64,000 bases of DNA from the NCBI GenBank assembly GCA_003167415.1, contig PMTF01000020.1, forward strand, positions 23,888 through 87,887. The letters run 5' to 3'. Numbering within the stretch: the first letter of the stretch is position 1; the number at the start of each line of letters is the position of its first letter. The notes under the pieces were generated by a model. It saw only the letters and a list, made by a program, of their open reading frames with translations. It made no database searches and was not told where the DNA came from. The stretch comes from Acidimicrobiaceae bacterium (lineage in GTDB: Bacteria > Actinomycetota > Acidimicrobiia > Acidimicrobiales > RAAP-2). Positions 1-11,839 of this stretch are shown here, piece after piece. The translations under genes were made by a program, and so were the position numbers.

Positions 1-707
1 CCGAAGTAGGACGGAACAACGTGATGATCAAGATCCCTGGGACGAAAGAGGGTCTGCCCGCCGTCACCGAAGTACTGGGGGCCGGTATCAACGTGAACGT
101 CACGCTGATCTTCTCCCTCGACCGATACAACGAGGTCATCACCGCGTGGATGGAGGGACTCGATCTCGCGTTGACCCGTCGCAGCGACGTGAGCACGATC
201 GGCAGCGTCGCCTCGTTCTTCGTCTCGCGCGTCGACGTTGCCGTGGACGCGTTGTTGCCCGAGGACGATCCCCGGCGGGGCACGACCGCCAACGCGCAGG
301 TGGCCGGCGCCTACGAACTGTTCCGTCGCCGGATGTCGAGCGAGCGGGCGCTGGCGCTCTTCGCGGCCGGAGCTCAGGTGCAACGACCGCTGTGGGCATC
401 GACCTCGACGAAGAATCCGACCTACTTCGACCTGCTCTACGTCGACACCATCGTCGGTGACGAGACCGTCAACACGATGCCCGACGCCACGCTTGCCGCG
501 ACGTTGGACCACGGGAACTTCTCCGGCTCGGAATTGCTGAGCGACGAGAAGATTGCGAACGCGGCCGCGCTGCTCGACCAGCTGCCCGAGAACATCTCCT
601 TGGACAAAGTGACCGAGAAGCTCGAGGCTGACGGCGTTTCGGCCTTCGTGGCCTCCTACGAGGAGCTCTTGAAGACCGTCGCCGAAAAGATGCAGGGCCA
701 GTCGTAG
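1..707 (+). CDS. tal: transaldolase, C-terminal part (5' end lies outside the window)
   Basis: The frame of ORF 21..707 is open to the left edge. 'IKIPGTKEGLPA...NVNVTLIFS' is the transaldolase active-site Lys region. Confidence 0.88.
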   Translation, partial: EVGRNNVMIKIPGTKEGLPAVTEVLGAGINVNVTLIFSLDRYNEVITAWMEGLDLALTRRSDVSTIGSVASFFVSRVDVAVDALLPEDDPRRGTTANAQVAGAYELFRRRMSSERALALFAAGAQVQRPLWASTSTKNPTYFDLLYVDTIVGDETVNTMPDATLAATLDHGNFSGSELLSDEKIANAAALLDQLPENISLDKVTEKLEADGVSAFVASYEELLKTVAEKMQGQS

Positions 708-739
708 CGCTCGAACCTACCGTGGTTCGTCCTTGAGGA

Positions 740-754
740 AACGGTTCAACCGTT
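740..754. promoter_or_regulatory. 15-bp palindrome AACGGTT-c-AACCGTT, 25 bp upstream of the fbiC start (candidate operator; function unknown)
   Basis: Read directly from the sequence. A 1-nt centre rules out an RNA hairpin, so a DNA binding site is more plausible than a terminator. Confidence 0.2.
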
Positions 755-779
755 GAAGGTCGCGCCCTAGGATGTCGCC

Positions 780-3041
780 ATGACGACGTTGCGAGGGGCC
801 GCTGCATACTCTGAACTCCTCGCCACCCCACTCGACGAACTCGCGGGCGCCGCGTTCGCCAAGGCCCGAGCCGCTCACGGTTACGTCGTCACCTATTCGC
901 CCAAGGTCTTCATTCCGCTGACGAAACTCTGTCGCGACCGCTGCGGGTACTGCACCTTCGCCCAGGCGCCGGCGCACGTGGCCGCTCCTTACATGAGCCT
1001 CGACGAAGTGATGGCCGTGGCCCAGGCGGGTCGAGACGCCGGCTGCACCGAGGCGCTCTTCACGCTGGGCGAACGACCGGAACTGCGCTACGACGAAGCG
1101 GCCCGTTGGCTGGCCGCGCGTGGTTACGAGTCGACGGTGGACTACGTCGCCAACGCCGCTCAGATGGTGCTCGAGAGCACCGGCCTGCTTCCTCACGCCA
1201 ACGCCGGTGCGCTCTATCGCCACGAGCTCACCCAACTGCGCACCGTCTCGGCTTCACAGGGCATGATGATTGAAGCGTTGGCCGATCTAGCGGCCCACCG
1301 TCTCGCCCCCGACAAGGATCCGCAGCGCCGACTGGACACGTTGCGCGTGGCCGGTGAATTAAAAATTCCCTTCACCACCGGACTGCTGGTCGGCATCGGC
1401 GAGACGCGCCCTGAGCGCCTCGCGACGTTGTCGGCGATCGCCGCGTCGCACGAAGAGTTCGGTCACGTCCAAGAAGTGATCATCCAGAACTTTTTGCCCA
1501 AGCCCCGGACGGCGATGGCCAATGAGCCGGCCGCCAGCGACGAGGAGTTCCACTGGACGATCTCGGTCGCGCGCCTGATGTTGCCCGATTCGATTCATCT
1601 CCAGGCGCCACCGAACTTGAGCGTCGACCCAACGAGACTGCTCGACTTCGGGATCGATGACTTCGGTGGCATCTCACCGGTCACGGCCGATCACGTCAAT
1701 CCGGAACGAGCCTGGCCCGCGCTGAGCGTATTGAGCGGCGAATGCGACGCTCGCGGTTTCAATCTCGAACCGCGGCTTACCGTGTACCCGGAGTTCATCG
1801 GGCCCAAGATCGGCTTCCTCGACGACAAGGTTCGTCCTTACGTCCTCGCGCACGCCGATTCGACGTTCCTGGCGCGCAACGACGTGTGGGCATCGGGCAC
1901 GGAGGTCACGCCGCCGAGCCCTCCCACCACGCGCTCGCGCACTAGCGCCGTTTCCTCGCTGCTCGCGCGCTACGAGCCCGGGTACCCGCTCGACCGCGAC
2001 GAGCTGACCACGCTCTTTCACGCCCGAGGCGCCGACTTCAACGCCGTGGTCGAACGCGCCGACAACGTCCGACACGACCTCGTCGGCGACGGGGTCACCT
2101 TCGTGATCAACCGCAACATCAACTACACCAACGTGTGCACCTTCAAGTGCCGATTCTGCGCCTTCTCCAAGGGGCCGCTATCACTCAACCTGCGAGGCGA
2201 CCCCTACTTGCTCACCCTGGACGAGATCAGCGAACGGGTGCGCGAAGCCGAGGCCAGGGGCGCCACCGAAGTCTGTCTGCAGGGCGGCATCCATCCCAAG
2301 TTCGATGGCGACTACTACATCGACGTGGTCGCCGCGGTTCGCGCCGGCTCGCCGCGAATCCACATCCACGCCTTTAGCGCTCTGGAGGTGTTCGAGGGCG
2401 CGCGACGTTCCGAGCAAGACCTCGTCACGTACCTCACGCGACTGAAAGTCGCCGGATTGAAGACACTGCCCGGGACCGCCGCCGAGATTCTCGACGACAG
2501 GGTTCGGGCGGTGCTCTGTCCCGACAAGATCAATTCCGATCAGTGGCTCGAAGTGCACCGCGCCGCCCACAGCGTGGGACTTCGCTCCAACATCACGATC
2601 ATGTTCGGAGCGGTCGAGGGTGTCGACAGTTGGGCCACGCACCTGCTGCGCACCCGCGAACTGCAACGAGAGACCGGGGGCTTCACCGAGTTCGTGCCGC
2701 TCCCCTTCGTGCACATGGCGACCCCGATCTTCTTGCAAGGTCGCGCTCGGCGGGGACCGACGTTCCGCGAGGCGGTCCTCATGCACTCGGTCGCGCGGCT
2801 GCACTACGCGACGCTCATCGACAATATTCAGGTGAGCTGGGTCAAGATGGGCGTCGACGGGTCGCGCCGTATTCTCGACGCGGGCGCCAACGACGTGGGC
2901 GGCACGTTGATGGACGAGAACATCTCGCGAGCGGCCGGAGCGAGTCACGGTCAGGGGATGGACGTCGATACGTTACGCGCCCTCGTCGAACCGTTGGGAC
3001 GGCCCCTGGTCCAACGCAGCACCCTCTATCAGACGTTGTAG
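780..3041 (+). CDS. fbiC: FO synthase (7,8-didemethyl-8-hydroxy-5-deazariboflavin synthase), fused CofG/CofH
   Basis: 753 aa with two radical-SAM cysteine boxes (CRDRCGYC in the N-half, CTFKCRFC in the C-half). The length and two-domain layout are typical of FbiC. Confidence 0.93.
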   Translation: MTTLRGAAAYSELLATPLDELAGAAFAKARAAHGYVVTYSPKVFIPLTKLCRDRCGYCTFAQAPAHVAAPYMSLDEVMAVAQAGRDAGCTEALFTLGERPELRYDEAARWLAARGYESTVDYVANAAQMVLESTGLLPHANAGALYRHELTQLRTVSASQGMMIEALADLAAHRLAPDKDPQRRLDTLRVAGELKIPFTTGLLVGIGETRPERLATLSAIAASHEEFGHVQEVIIQNFLPKPRTAMANEPAASDEEFHWTISVARLMLPDSIHLQAPPNLSVDPTRLLDFGIDDFGGISPVTADHVNPERAWPALSVLSGECDARGFNLEPRLTVYPEFIGPKIGFLDDKVRPYVLAHADSTFLARNDVWASGTEVTPPSPPTTRSRTSAVSSLLARYEPGYPLDRDELTTLFHARGADFNAVVERADNVRHDLVGDGVTFVINRNINYTNVCTFKCRFCAFSKGPLSLNLRGDPYLLTLDEISERVREAEARGATEVCLQGGIHPKFDGDYYIDVVAAVRAGSPRIHIHAFSALEVFEGARRSEQDLVTYLTRLKVAGLKTLPGTAAEILDDRVRAVLCPDKINSDQWLEVHRAAHSVGLRSNITIMFGAVEGVDSWATHLLRTRELQRETGGFTEFVPLPFVHMATPIFLQGRARRGPTFREAVLMHSVARLHYATLIDNIQVSWVKMGVDGSRRILDAGANDVGGTLMDENISRAAGASHGQGMDVDTLRALVEPLGRPLVQRSTLYQTL

Positions 3042-3043
3042 CC

Positions 3044-4018
3044 GTGGATGAGTTGATCGAAGGGTTCCTCGAAGAGTTGCGCCGCGACTCTCCGTTAACG
3101 GATGAACGCATCGAAGTGCTACGGGCGCTGCTCGTACGTTTCGTCGAATTGGCCATGATCGACGGTGACCTCAGTGATCTAAAAGTTGCCGTGAACACGC
3201 TCAACGAGTTGACCGAAGCCTCGACGCTGTTCGCGCAGTGGCGCGACGTGCCCAAGCTGGCGATCTTCGGTTCGGCGCGCACGGAGATGGAGAACTCCCT
3301 CTACGAGATGGCGCGTCAACTCGGCGCGGCGATGGCCGAGCGGGGATGGATGATCATCTCGGGCGCCGGACCCGGCATCATGGAGGCGTCGGCCAAGGGA
3401 GCGGGCCGCGAACACACCCTCGGCGTGAATATCGAACTGCCCTTCGAACAGTTCTCCAATCCCTACATCGACGCCGAGACCATGCTCGTGGCGATGCAGT
3501 ACTTCTTCACGCGAAAAGTCGCCATGACGCGACCCTCGAACGCGTTCGCGATTTTTCCCGGGGGCCTCGGCACCATGGACGAGACCTTCGAAGTCCTCAC
3601 GCTGCTCCACACCGGAAAGACGTCACCGGCGCCAGTGGTGCTGCTCGACACGGCCGAAGGGAACTTCTGGCGCCAGTGGATGACGTTCGTCGAAGGCGCC
3701 ATCATCGCTGATGGCTACATCGACGAACACGACATGTGCCTGGTTCGGATCTGCACCTCGATCGAAGAGGCCGTAGCCGAAATCGACCATTTCTTCTCCA
3801 ACTACGTGCGTTTCGACGTCCGCGGCGACCGGGGCTTCATCAAGGTCCGACGACGACCCACCGAAGCGCAACTGGCCGAACTCGCGCGCGTCGTGCCCCG
3901 CTTCGCCCAGCGTCTCGGCTACGTGCTCGAAGACGACACGACGATCTCCTTCGCCTTCGACGGTCGCAACTACGTGAACCTGCGGTTGTTGATCAATGAG
4001 ATCAACGAGTGGCGTTAG
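3044..4018 (+). CDS. LOG-family (TIGR00730-type) nucleotide-binding protein, long form
   Basis: 'GSARTE...SGAGPGIMEA...PGGLGTMDE' LOG signature. An in-frame GTG at 3044 follows the fbiC stop immediately; the 2543..3043 part of the ORF overlaps fbiC and is discarded. Confidence 0.8.
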   Translation: MDELIEGFLEELRRDSPLTDERIEVLRALLVRFVELAMIDGDLSDLKVAVNTLNELTEASTLFAQWRDVPKLAIFGSARTEMENSLYEMARQLGAAMAERGWMIISGAGPGIMEASAKGAGREHTLGVNIELPFEQFSNPYIDAETMLVAMQYFFTRKVAMTRPSNAFAIFPGGLGTMDETFEVLTLLHTGKTSPAPVVLLDTAEGNFWRQWMTFVEGAIIADGYIDEHDMCLVRICTSIEEAVAEIDHFFSNYVRFDVRGDRGFIKVRRRPTEAQLAELARVVPRFAQRLGYVLEDDTTISFAFDGRNYVNLRLLINEINEWR

Positions 4019-4212
4019 TCGTCACTCGCTCCGCGCAGTAGCATCTCGGCCTTCTGCAAGCTCCGTCGCACCTTGGCGAGTCGGCGTTCCAGTTCCTTGG
4101 CTTCGTCCCCACCTTCAGAGCGCAGTTGCGCGCGCACCGTGTCGAAGATGGCGTCGGCGACGCGGCCCTCGAGGGCACCCACTTCGTCGGCCAGGGTGTG
4201 AAGGGACTCCAT
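4015..4212 (-). CDS. 65-aa helical/charged hypothetical protein
   Basis: The ATG at 4212 shares one base with the upstream ligase stop (TGATG). GC3 is high and the sequence (MESLHTLADEVGALEGR...KELERRLAKVRRSLQKAEMLL) is helix-like. No family recognised. Confidence 0.4.
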   Translation of the reverse strand: MESLHTLADEVGALEGRVADAIFDTVRAQLRSEGGDEAKELERRLAKVRRSLQKAEMLLRGASDD

Positions 4213-5828
4213 CAGTCGAGCGTTACGTACGGTAATGCGTCCTCGGCGTACTCCGCGCGCAGCACTTTCTTGTCGAATTTGCCGACGCTGGTCTTGGGAA
4301 CGGTCACGATGAAAGCCCAACGTTCCGGGAGCCACCACTTGGCGACGCGAGTCGAGAGAAAATCACGAAGTTCCTCGGCGCTCACCGACGCGTCCGGGCG
4401 CAATACGACACAGCACAATGGTCGCTCATCCCAACGCGCGTCCGGCACCGCGATCACCGCCGCTTCGAAGACCGCCGGGTGCGCCATAAGTAAACCCTCG
4501 AGTTCGACGGAGCTGATCCATTCGCCGCCCGATTTGATGACGTCTTTCGAGCGATCGCTGATGGTCATGAACCCTTCGCCGTCGATCGCGCCGATGTCAC
4601 CGGTGCGCAGCCAATCGTCGTGGAACTTCTCGGGGTCGTCAGTGCCGAAGTAGGAACCGGTGATCCACGGCCCCCGGATCTCAAACTCACCGACGGTCTT
4701 GCCGTCACGCGGCAGAACGGATCCGTCTTCGGCCGTGACGCGGACTTCCACCCCGGCGACGACGCGTCCGGCTTTCACCCGGTAGTCGATCTCCAGATCC
4801 TTCGGGGTGCCCGATGGTGGTATCGAGACCGCGGCCAGGGGGCTCGTCTCGGTCATCCCCCAGCCCTGGATCACGTCGATGCCGAAGCGGTCGCGGAAGG
4901 CTTCGATCATCGCGCGCGGCACGGCCGATCCGCCAGCGACAATGCCTCGAAGGCTCGAGAGGTCGGCCTCGGGCTTGTTCTCGGTGACGCGAAGCACGTC
5001 GTTCCAGACTGTTGGAACGCCGAGGGAGATGGTGGGGCGCAGCTCCTGAATCATCTTGACGATCGGCTCACCCTGCAAGAACATCTGGGGCATGATCAAC
5101 TCCGTACCGGCGAAGAAGGCCGTGTAGGCCGCTCCCCAGGCGCTGACGTGAAACATCGGGACGATCAAGAGACAGCGATCGCGCTCACTGAGTCCGATCG
5201 AATTGGAGGTGGTGGAGGCCATCGAGTGCAACCAGGTCGAACGGTGCGAGTAGACGACACCCTTGGGGTTGCCGGTCGTACCCGAGGTGTAACACATGAT
5301 CGCGGCCGAGCGTTCGTCCAGAGTGGGCCACTCGAAGCCCGCCGATTCGGAGGTGAGAAACGTTTCGTAGTCGATGGTCGTCCCGAGCGCACCACTCTCG
5401 TCGTGACCGTGAATAATGATGTGCTTCACCGTGGGTATCTGGTCGCGAACTTTCGCGAGGGCGGGAACCAACGAACTGTCGACGATAATCACGGAGTCCT
5501 CGGCGTGGTTAATGATGAAGGCCAACTGATCGGAAAAAAGTCGGATGTTCAGCGTGTGCAACACCGCTCCCATGCAGGGGACGGCCACGTAGGCTTCCAT
5601 GTGCGCCTGGTTGTTCCACATGAACGTCGCGACCCGGTCGCCGGGTTGGACGCCGAGTTTGATGAGGGCGGCCGCCAGCTGCTCGGCGCGCTTGGCGACC
5701 TGTACGAACGTCGCCTCCTCGACGCCTTCGGGCGTGACGGTCAGCACTTTCTTCTCGGAGTACACATATTCGCCGTGACGGATGATGCCGCTAATAAGCA
5801 GTGGCGCGTCTTGCATCGTGCTTTTCAC
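4212..5828 (-). CDS. AMP-dependent acyl-CoA synthetase / fatty-acid--CoA ligase
   Basis: 538 aa with the 'YTSGTTGNPKGV' AMP-binding motif and 'GEWISS...E' C-terminal domain motifs. Confidence 0.88.
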   Translation of the reverse strand: MKSTMQDAPLLISGIIRHGEYVYSEKKVLTVTPEGVEEATFVQVAKRAEQLAAALIKLGVQPGDRVATFMWNNQAHMEAYVAVPCMGAVLHTLNIRLFSDQLAFIINHAEDSVIIVDSSLVPALAKVRDQIPTVKHIIIHGHDESGALGTTIDYETFLTSESAGFEWPTLDERSAAIMCYTSGTTGNPKGVVYSHRSTWLHSMASTTSNSIGLSERDRCLLIVPMFHVSAWGAAYTAFFAGTELIMPQMFLQGEPIVKMIQELRPTISLGVPTVWNDVLRVTENKPEADLSSLRGIVAGGSAVPRAMIEAFRDRFGIDVIQGWGMTETSPLAAVSIPPSGTPKDLEIDYRVKAGRVVAGVEVRVTAEDGSVLPRDGKTVGEFEIRGPWITGSYFGTDDPEKFHDDWLRTGDIGAIDGEGFMTISDRSKDVIKSGGEWISSVELEGLLMAHPAVFEAAVIAVPDARWDERPLCCVVLRPDASVSAEELRDFLSTRVAKWWLPERWAFIVTVPKTSVGKFDKKVLRAEYAEDALPYVTLD

Positions 5829-5888
5829 TGATCCCCCTCTAGTCCCGTTGCGACGATGCTACAAACTCCGGAGGGCACCGCGAGTTCG

Positions 5889-7311
<1,423 letters not shown>

Positions 7312-7319
<8 letters not shown>

Positions 7320-10300
7320 TGCGCAACTCGTCGCGAACACGCTGGTACTCCGAGGTCTCGATTCGAACGAAGTGCATGCGCTGCGAGCGCCAGTCACCAA
7401 GGATGGTCTCGCCGACACGCGAACCGGTCTCGTCCACGAAGCGAGTGAGTAGGTCTCGCAAGCGTTCGTCGTCCTCGTATTCCAGTGGATCGATCTCGTA
7501 GACGCCGGCGCTGAGGTGGTCGTAGACGCTCTGGTGGGGATCGTAAAGGAAAAGCGTGCCGCCCGACATGCCGGCCGCCAGGTTTCGCCCGACCGCGCCG
7601 AGTATTACGACCACCCCGCCGGTCATGTACTCGCAGGCGTGATCGCCCGTGCCTTCGACGATGATCGTCGCACCGGAGTTTCGTACTCCGCAGCGTTCGC
7701 CCACCACGCCACTGATGAAAATCTCTCCGCTGGTCGCGCCGTAGCCAATGACGTTGCCGGCGATGATGTTCTGCTCGCTGGCGAACGTGGCGTCCGGTGA
7801 TGGCCGGATGATGATGCGCCCACCGGAGAGTCCCTTGCCGGCGTAGTCGTTGGCGTCACCGGTCAATCGAAGGGTCATACCGCGAGGTACGAAGGCACCG
7901 AGGCTCTGGCCCGATGATCCGACCAAATCGATTTCAATGAGGTTGTCGGGGAGTTCACGAGCTCCGAGGGCGCGCGTGATGGCGCTGCCGGTCAAGGTGC
8001 CCACGGCGCGGTTGACGTTGCGGATGGCCGTCGAGAATCGATAGGGCGTGGTGCGCGAGGCCGCCGTCACCGCGTCGTGGAGGAACGTCCAGTCCAGCGC
8101 TCCGTCCAGACCGTGTTCCTGTTTCACGCTCTGATGGCGTTGATCAGGCGCGACGGTCACCAGTAGCGCGGAGAGATCGAGGTCGCTGTTCTCGTCGTCC
8201 GTCGCGTCGATCGCCAACCTCGTCGCGTCGCCGATCACCTCTTCGAGCGTTCGCACCCCCAGTTCAGCGAGGTACTCACGAACCTCTTGAGCGATGAATT
8301 CGAAAAAGTTCTCGACGAACTCCGGCTGACCGGTGAATCGTTCGCGAAGTCGTGGATTCTGCGTGGCGATCCCGACCGGGCAGGTGTCGAGATGACAGAC
8401 CCGCATCATCACGCAGCCCGACACGACTAACGGCGCCGTGGCGAAGCCGAACTCCTCCGCGCCCAAGAGAGCGGCGATGACGACGTCGCGACCGGTCTTC
8501 AACTGTCCGTCCACCTGGAGCACCACGCGACTGCGTAGTCCGTTAGCGGCGAGCGTCTGGTGCGTCTCGGCCAGCCCGAGTTCCCACGGGGTGCCGGCGT
8601 GCTTTAACGAGGTGAGGGGCGCCGCGCCGGTCCCGCCGTCGTGGCCCGAGATGAGGATCACGTCCGCGTGCGCCTTGGCGACACCAGCGGCGATGGTCCC
8701 AACGCCCTGTTCGCTCACCAACTTCACGTGGATCCGCGCCTGGTCGTTCGCGTTCTTCAAGTCGTAAATCAATTGGGCCAGGTCCTCGATCGAATAGATG
8801 TCGTGGTGTGGGGGTGGCGATATCAAGCCGACGCCCGGCGTCGAGTGTCGGGTTTTCGCGATCCATGGGTAGACCTTGGTCCCGGGCAGCTGCCCACCTT
8901 CGCCCGGCTTGGCGCCCTGGGCCATTTTGATCTGGATGTCGTCCGCGTTCACGAGGAATCGACTGGTCACGCCGAAACGTCCGGAGGCGACTTGCTTGAT
9001 GGCCGAACGGCGGTTCAGGTGGGGATCGGACGTATCGAAACGTTCTTCGTCCTCGCCCCCTTCGCCGGTGTTGGACTTTGCGCCGAGTCGATTCATCGCG
9101 ATGGCGAGCGTGGCGTGCGCCTCTTCGGAGATCGAGCCGTAGGACATGGCCCCGGTGCTGAAGCGCTTGATGATCGAGGCGGTGCTCTCGACCTCGTCGA
9201 GGGGCAGCGGTGTCGCGCTGGGTACGAGGTTCATGAGACCGCGCAAGGTGGCGAGCCCGCTCGATTGGTCGTCGACCAGAGCGGTGTACTCCTTGAAGAT
9301 GTCGAAGCGTTTCGCGCGAGTGGCGTGCTGCAGTTTCTGAACGGTGCGGGGATTGAAGAGGTGGATCTCTCCGTCTCGTCGCCACTGGTACTCGCCGCTG
9401 TTTCGCAGTTCGACTCGTTCCCCGGGAGCCGGTTCGTACGCGCTGGCGTGGAGCAACAGCACGCTCTGGGCGATGTGCTCGAGCGTGATGCCGCCGAGAC
9501 GCGAAGTAAATCCGGGAAAGTATCTCGCGAGGACGGTTTCGGAGATGCCCACGGCCTCGAAGAGTTGCGATCCGACGTAACTCGCGACCGTGCTCACGCC
9601 CATTTTCGACATCGTCTTCACGACGCCCTTGTTGAGCGCCTTGCCGTACTGGTACCGGGCCTCGAAGGAACTCAGTCCGACGAGCTCGCCCTCGTCGATC
9701 AACGCGTCGATGGACTCGTAGGCGAGGTACGGGCAGACCGCCGAGGCACCGAATCCGAGCAGCAGAGCGACGTGGTGGACTTCGCGAACGTCACCCGACT
9801 CCATGATCAACGCGGCGCTCGTTCGTAGGTGCTCGTCCACCAGCCGGTGGTGCACGGCCGAAGCCAAAAGCAGACTCGGGACCGCCGCGAGTTCGGTTGT
9901 GGTGTTTCGATCCGAGAGGATGATGATGTTGGTGCCGCCACGCACTTCGGCGACGACTTCATCGCACAGCGCGTCGATCGCTGAGGCGAGCCGCTCGGCG
10001 CCGGTTCCCATTCCGTGAGCCTCGAAAAGTCCGTCGATGACCACGGCGGTGAAGCCGCGCATGCGATCGAACTCTTCGACGTAGCGAATCTTGGCCAGTT
10101 CGTCGACGCTCAAGATCGGTGACGGCAGGACGATCTGGTGGCAATGGTTGGCGCTCTCGGTAAGCAGGTTGTCTTCGCCGCCGATCGTGACGCGCGTCGA
10201 CGTGACGAGCTCTTCGCGGATGGCGTCCAGGGGCGGGTTGGTCACTTGGGCGAAGAGTTGCGTGAAGAAGTCGAAAAGCGGGCGCGGGAGCTTCGACAGG

Positions 10301-11760
10301 GTGGGGACCGTGGTGTCCGAGCCCATGGAGCCGATGGGCTCCTCGCTCACCTGGGCCATGTGTCGAACGATCAGGCGAAGGTCTTCTTCGCTGTACCCGA
10401 AGTTCTTCTGTTGGCGAACGACGGACGCGTGGTTCGGTGTGAGCATGGTGGGTGCGTCGATCTCATCGAGTGAACGCTGTTGCTCACGAAGCCACTCACC
10501 GTACGGTGCCCTTTCACTGAGCGCACTCTTCAACTCGTCGTCGTCGATGATTCGTCCCTGTTCAATGTCGACGAGGAACATTCGTCCCGGTTGCAAGCGG
10601 CCCTTGCGTTCGATGTTGGCCGGATCGATGGGCAGCACGCCGACTTCACTGGCGAAGATGACGCGATTGTCCTTGGTGACCCAGTACCGCGCCGGGCGCA
10701 GGCCGTTGCGGTCCAACACGGCGCCCACCACTTTGCCGTCACAGAACGTCACGGACGCCGGTCCGTCCCACGGCTCCATCAGTCCGGCGTGATAGCGGTA
10801 GAAGTCGCGACGGGACTCACTCATGAAGGTCGAACGCTCCCACGCCTCGGGGATCATCATCAGCACCGCGTGCGGTAGTGACCGTCCGGCCTGGACCAGG
10901 AGCTCAACGACTTCGTCGAAGCTGGCCGAGTCGCTGAGGCCATCGGTGATGAGTGGCGTTAGTTCACTTATTGGAAGCGGCAAGACGTCGCTTTGCAGCG
11001 TGGTCTCGCGCGCCGTCATCCAATTGCGATTGCCCCGGACGGTGTTGATTTCGCCGTTGTGCGCGATGTAGCGAAACGGTTGGGCGAGGTCCCAGCGCGG
11101 CAAGACGTTCGTCGAGAAGCGACTATGGACGACGGCAATCGCTGAAGTGAGTCGCTCGTCCTGCAGATCGCTGAAGTACTGGCGCAGTTGGGGCGACGTC
11201 AACATCCCCTTGTAGATCAACACGTGGGGCGAACAGGACGAGGCGTAGACGTCAATCGTGTGCTCGATTACCTTTCGGGCGCAGTACAGCGCGCGCTCGA
11301 GGTCGGGCGCCGGATTAGCAGCACTCCGCGCGATCAGTTGCTGGACAAAGCGCGGCTCCGACGCCAGTGAGGTCGCGCCGAGCACGGTCGAGTCGACGGG
11401 CACGTCGCGCCACCCGAGCGACTGGAGACCGACGCGCTCGAGGACCGCGTCAATGCCAGCGCGGAGTGCGGGGTCATCGGAACTCTTGGGCACCATCCAG
11501 TGCGCGACGCCGTACTCCCCCGCTGGCGGGAGGACGGCGTCGAACTCTTCTCGAAGAAAGGAGTCCGGCATCTGGATGAGCAGACCGGCGCCGTCGCCCG
11601 AATCGGCATCCGAACCCGAGGCGCCCCGGTGCTCGAGATTTTCCAGGATGGTGAGCGCGTCAAGAATCGTCGCGTTGGTCGCGGTGGCGCTCAAATCCGC
11701 GACCATACCCACACCGCAGGCGTCGTGCTCGAAAGAGGGGTCGTAAAGAGTCTTTGTCAT
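7312..11760 (-). CDS. gltB: glutamate synthase large subunit
   Basis: About 1480 aa. The N-terminal 'CGVG' amidotransferase Cys follows '[14 protein letters not shown]' (ATG 11760). FMN/3Fe-4S region and C-terminal GXGXG beta-helix repeats are present. Confidence 0.95.
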
Positions 11761-11839
11761 AGCGTTTCCGTACGGGGCAACGCTGACCCACCACAATCAT
11801 AACGAAATTGATCCCGGTCCATCGACCTACGCTGGTCAC

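Noticed and set aside
2543-3043. 5' extension of the LOG-family ORF (491-aa version) overlapping fbiC.
   Set aside because: The extension is Arg/Pro-rich shadow sequence inside fbiC. Conserved LOG-family sequence begins after the in-frame GTG at 3044.
8641-9828. Long antisense or out-of-frame ORFs inside well-supported genes. Examples: 8641..9828 (+) in gltB, 4620..5831 (+) in the ligase, 14428..15705 (+) in acs, 36441..37340 (-) in trpS, 39575..40594 (+) in pyrG, 45175..46164 (-) in GGDEF-EAL, 59255..60172 (-), 61321..62511 (+) and 63181..63864 (-).
   Set aside because: These are typical shadow ORFs of a high-G+C genome. They are Arg/Gly/Pro/Ala-rich with no recognisable motifs, and each lies entirely within a gene on the other strand or frame that has clear family signatures.
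11761-11839. THI-box (TPP riboswitch)-like string upstream of thiO.
   Set aside because: Only a loose resemblance (GGGG..GCTGA..TTGATCCCGG). The CUGAGA box and complementary P4/P5 arms are missing. The 79-bp gap is shorter than a complete aptamer plus expression platform. An Infernal scan would be needed to be certain.
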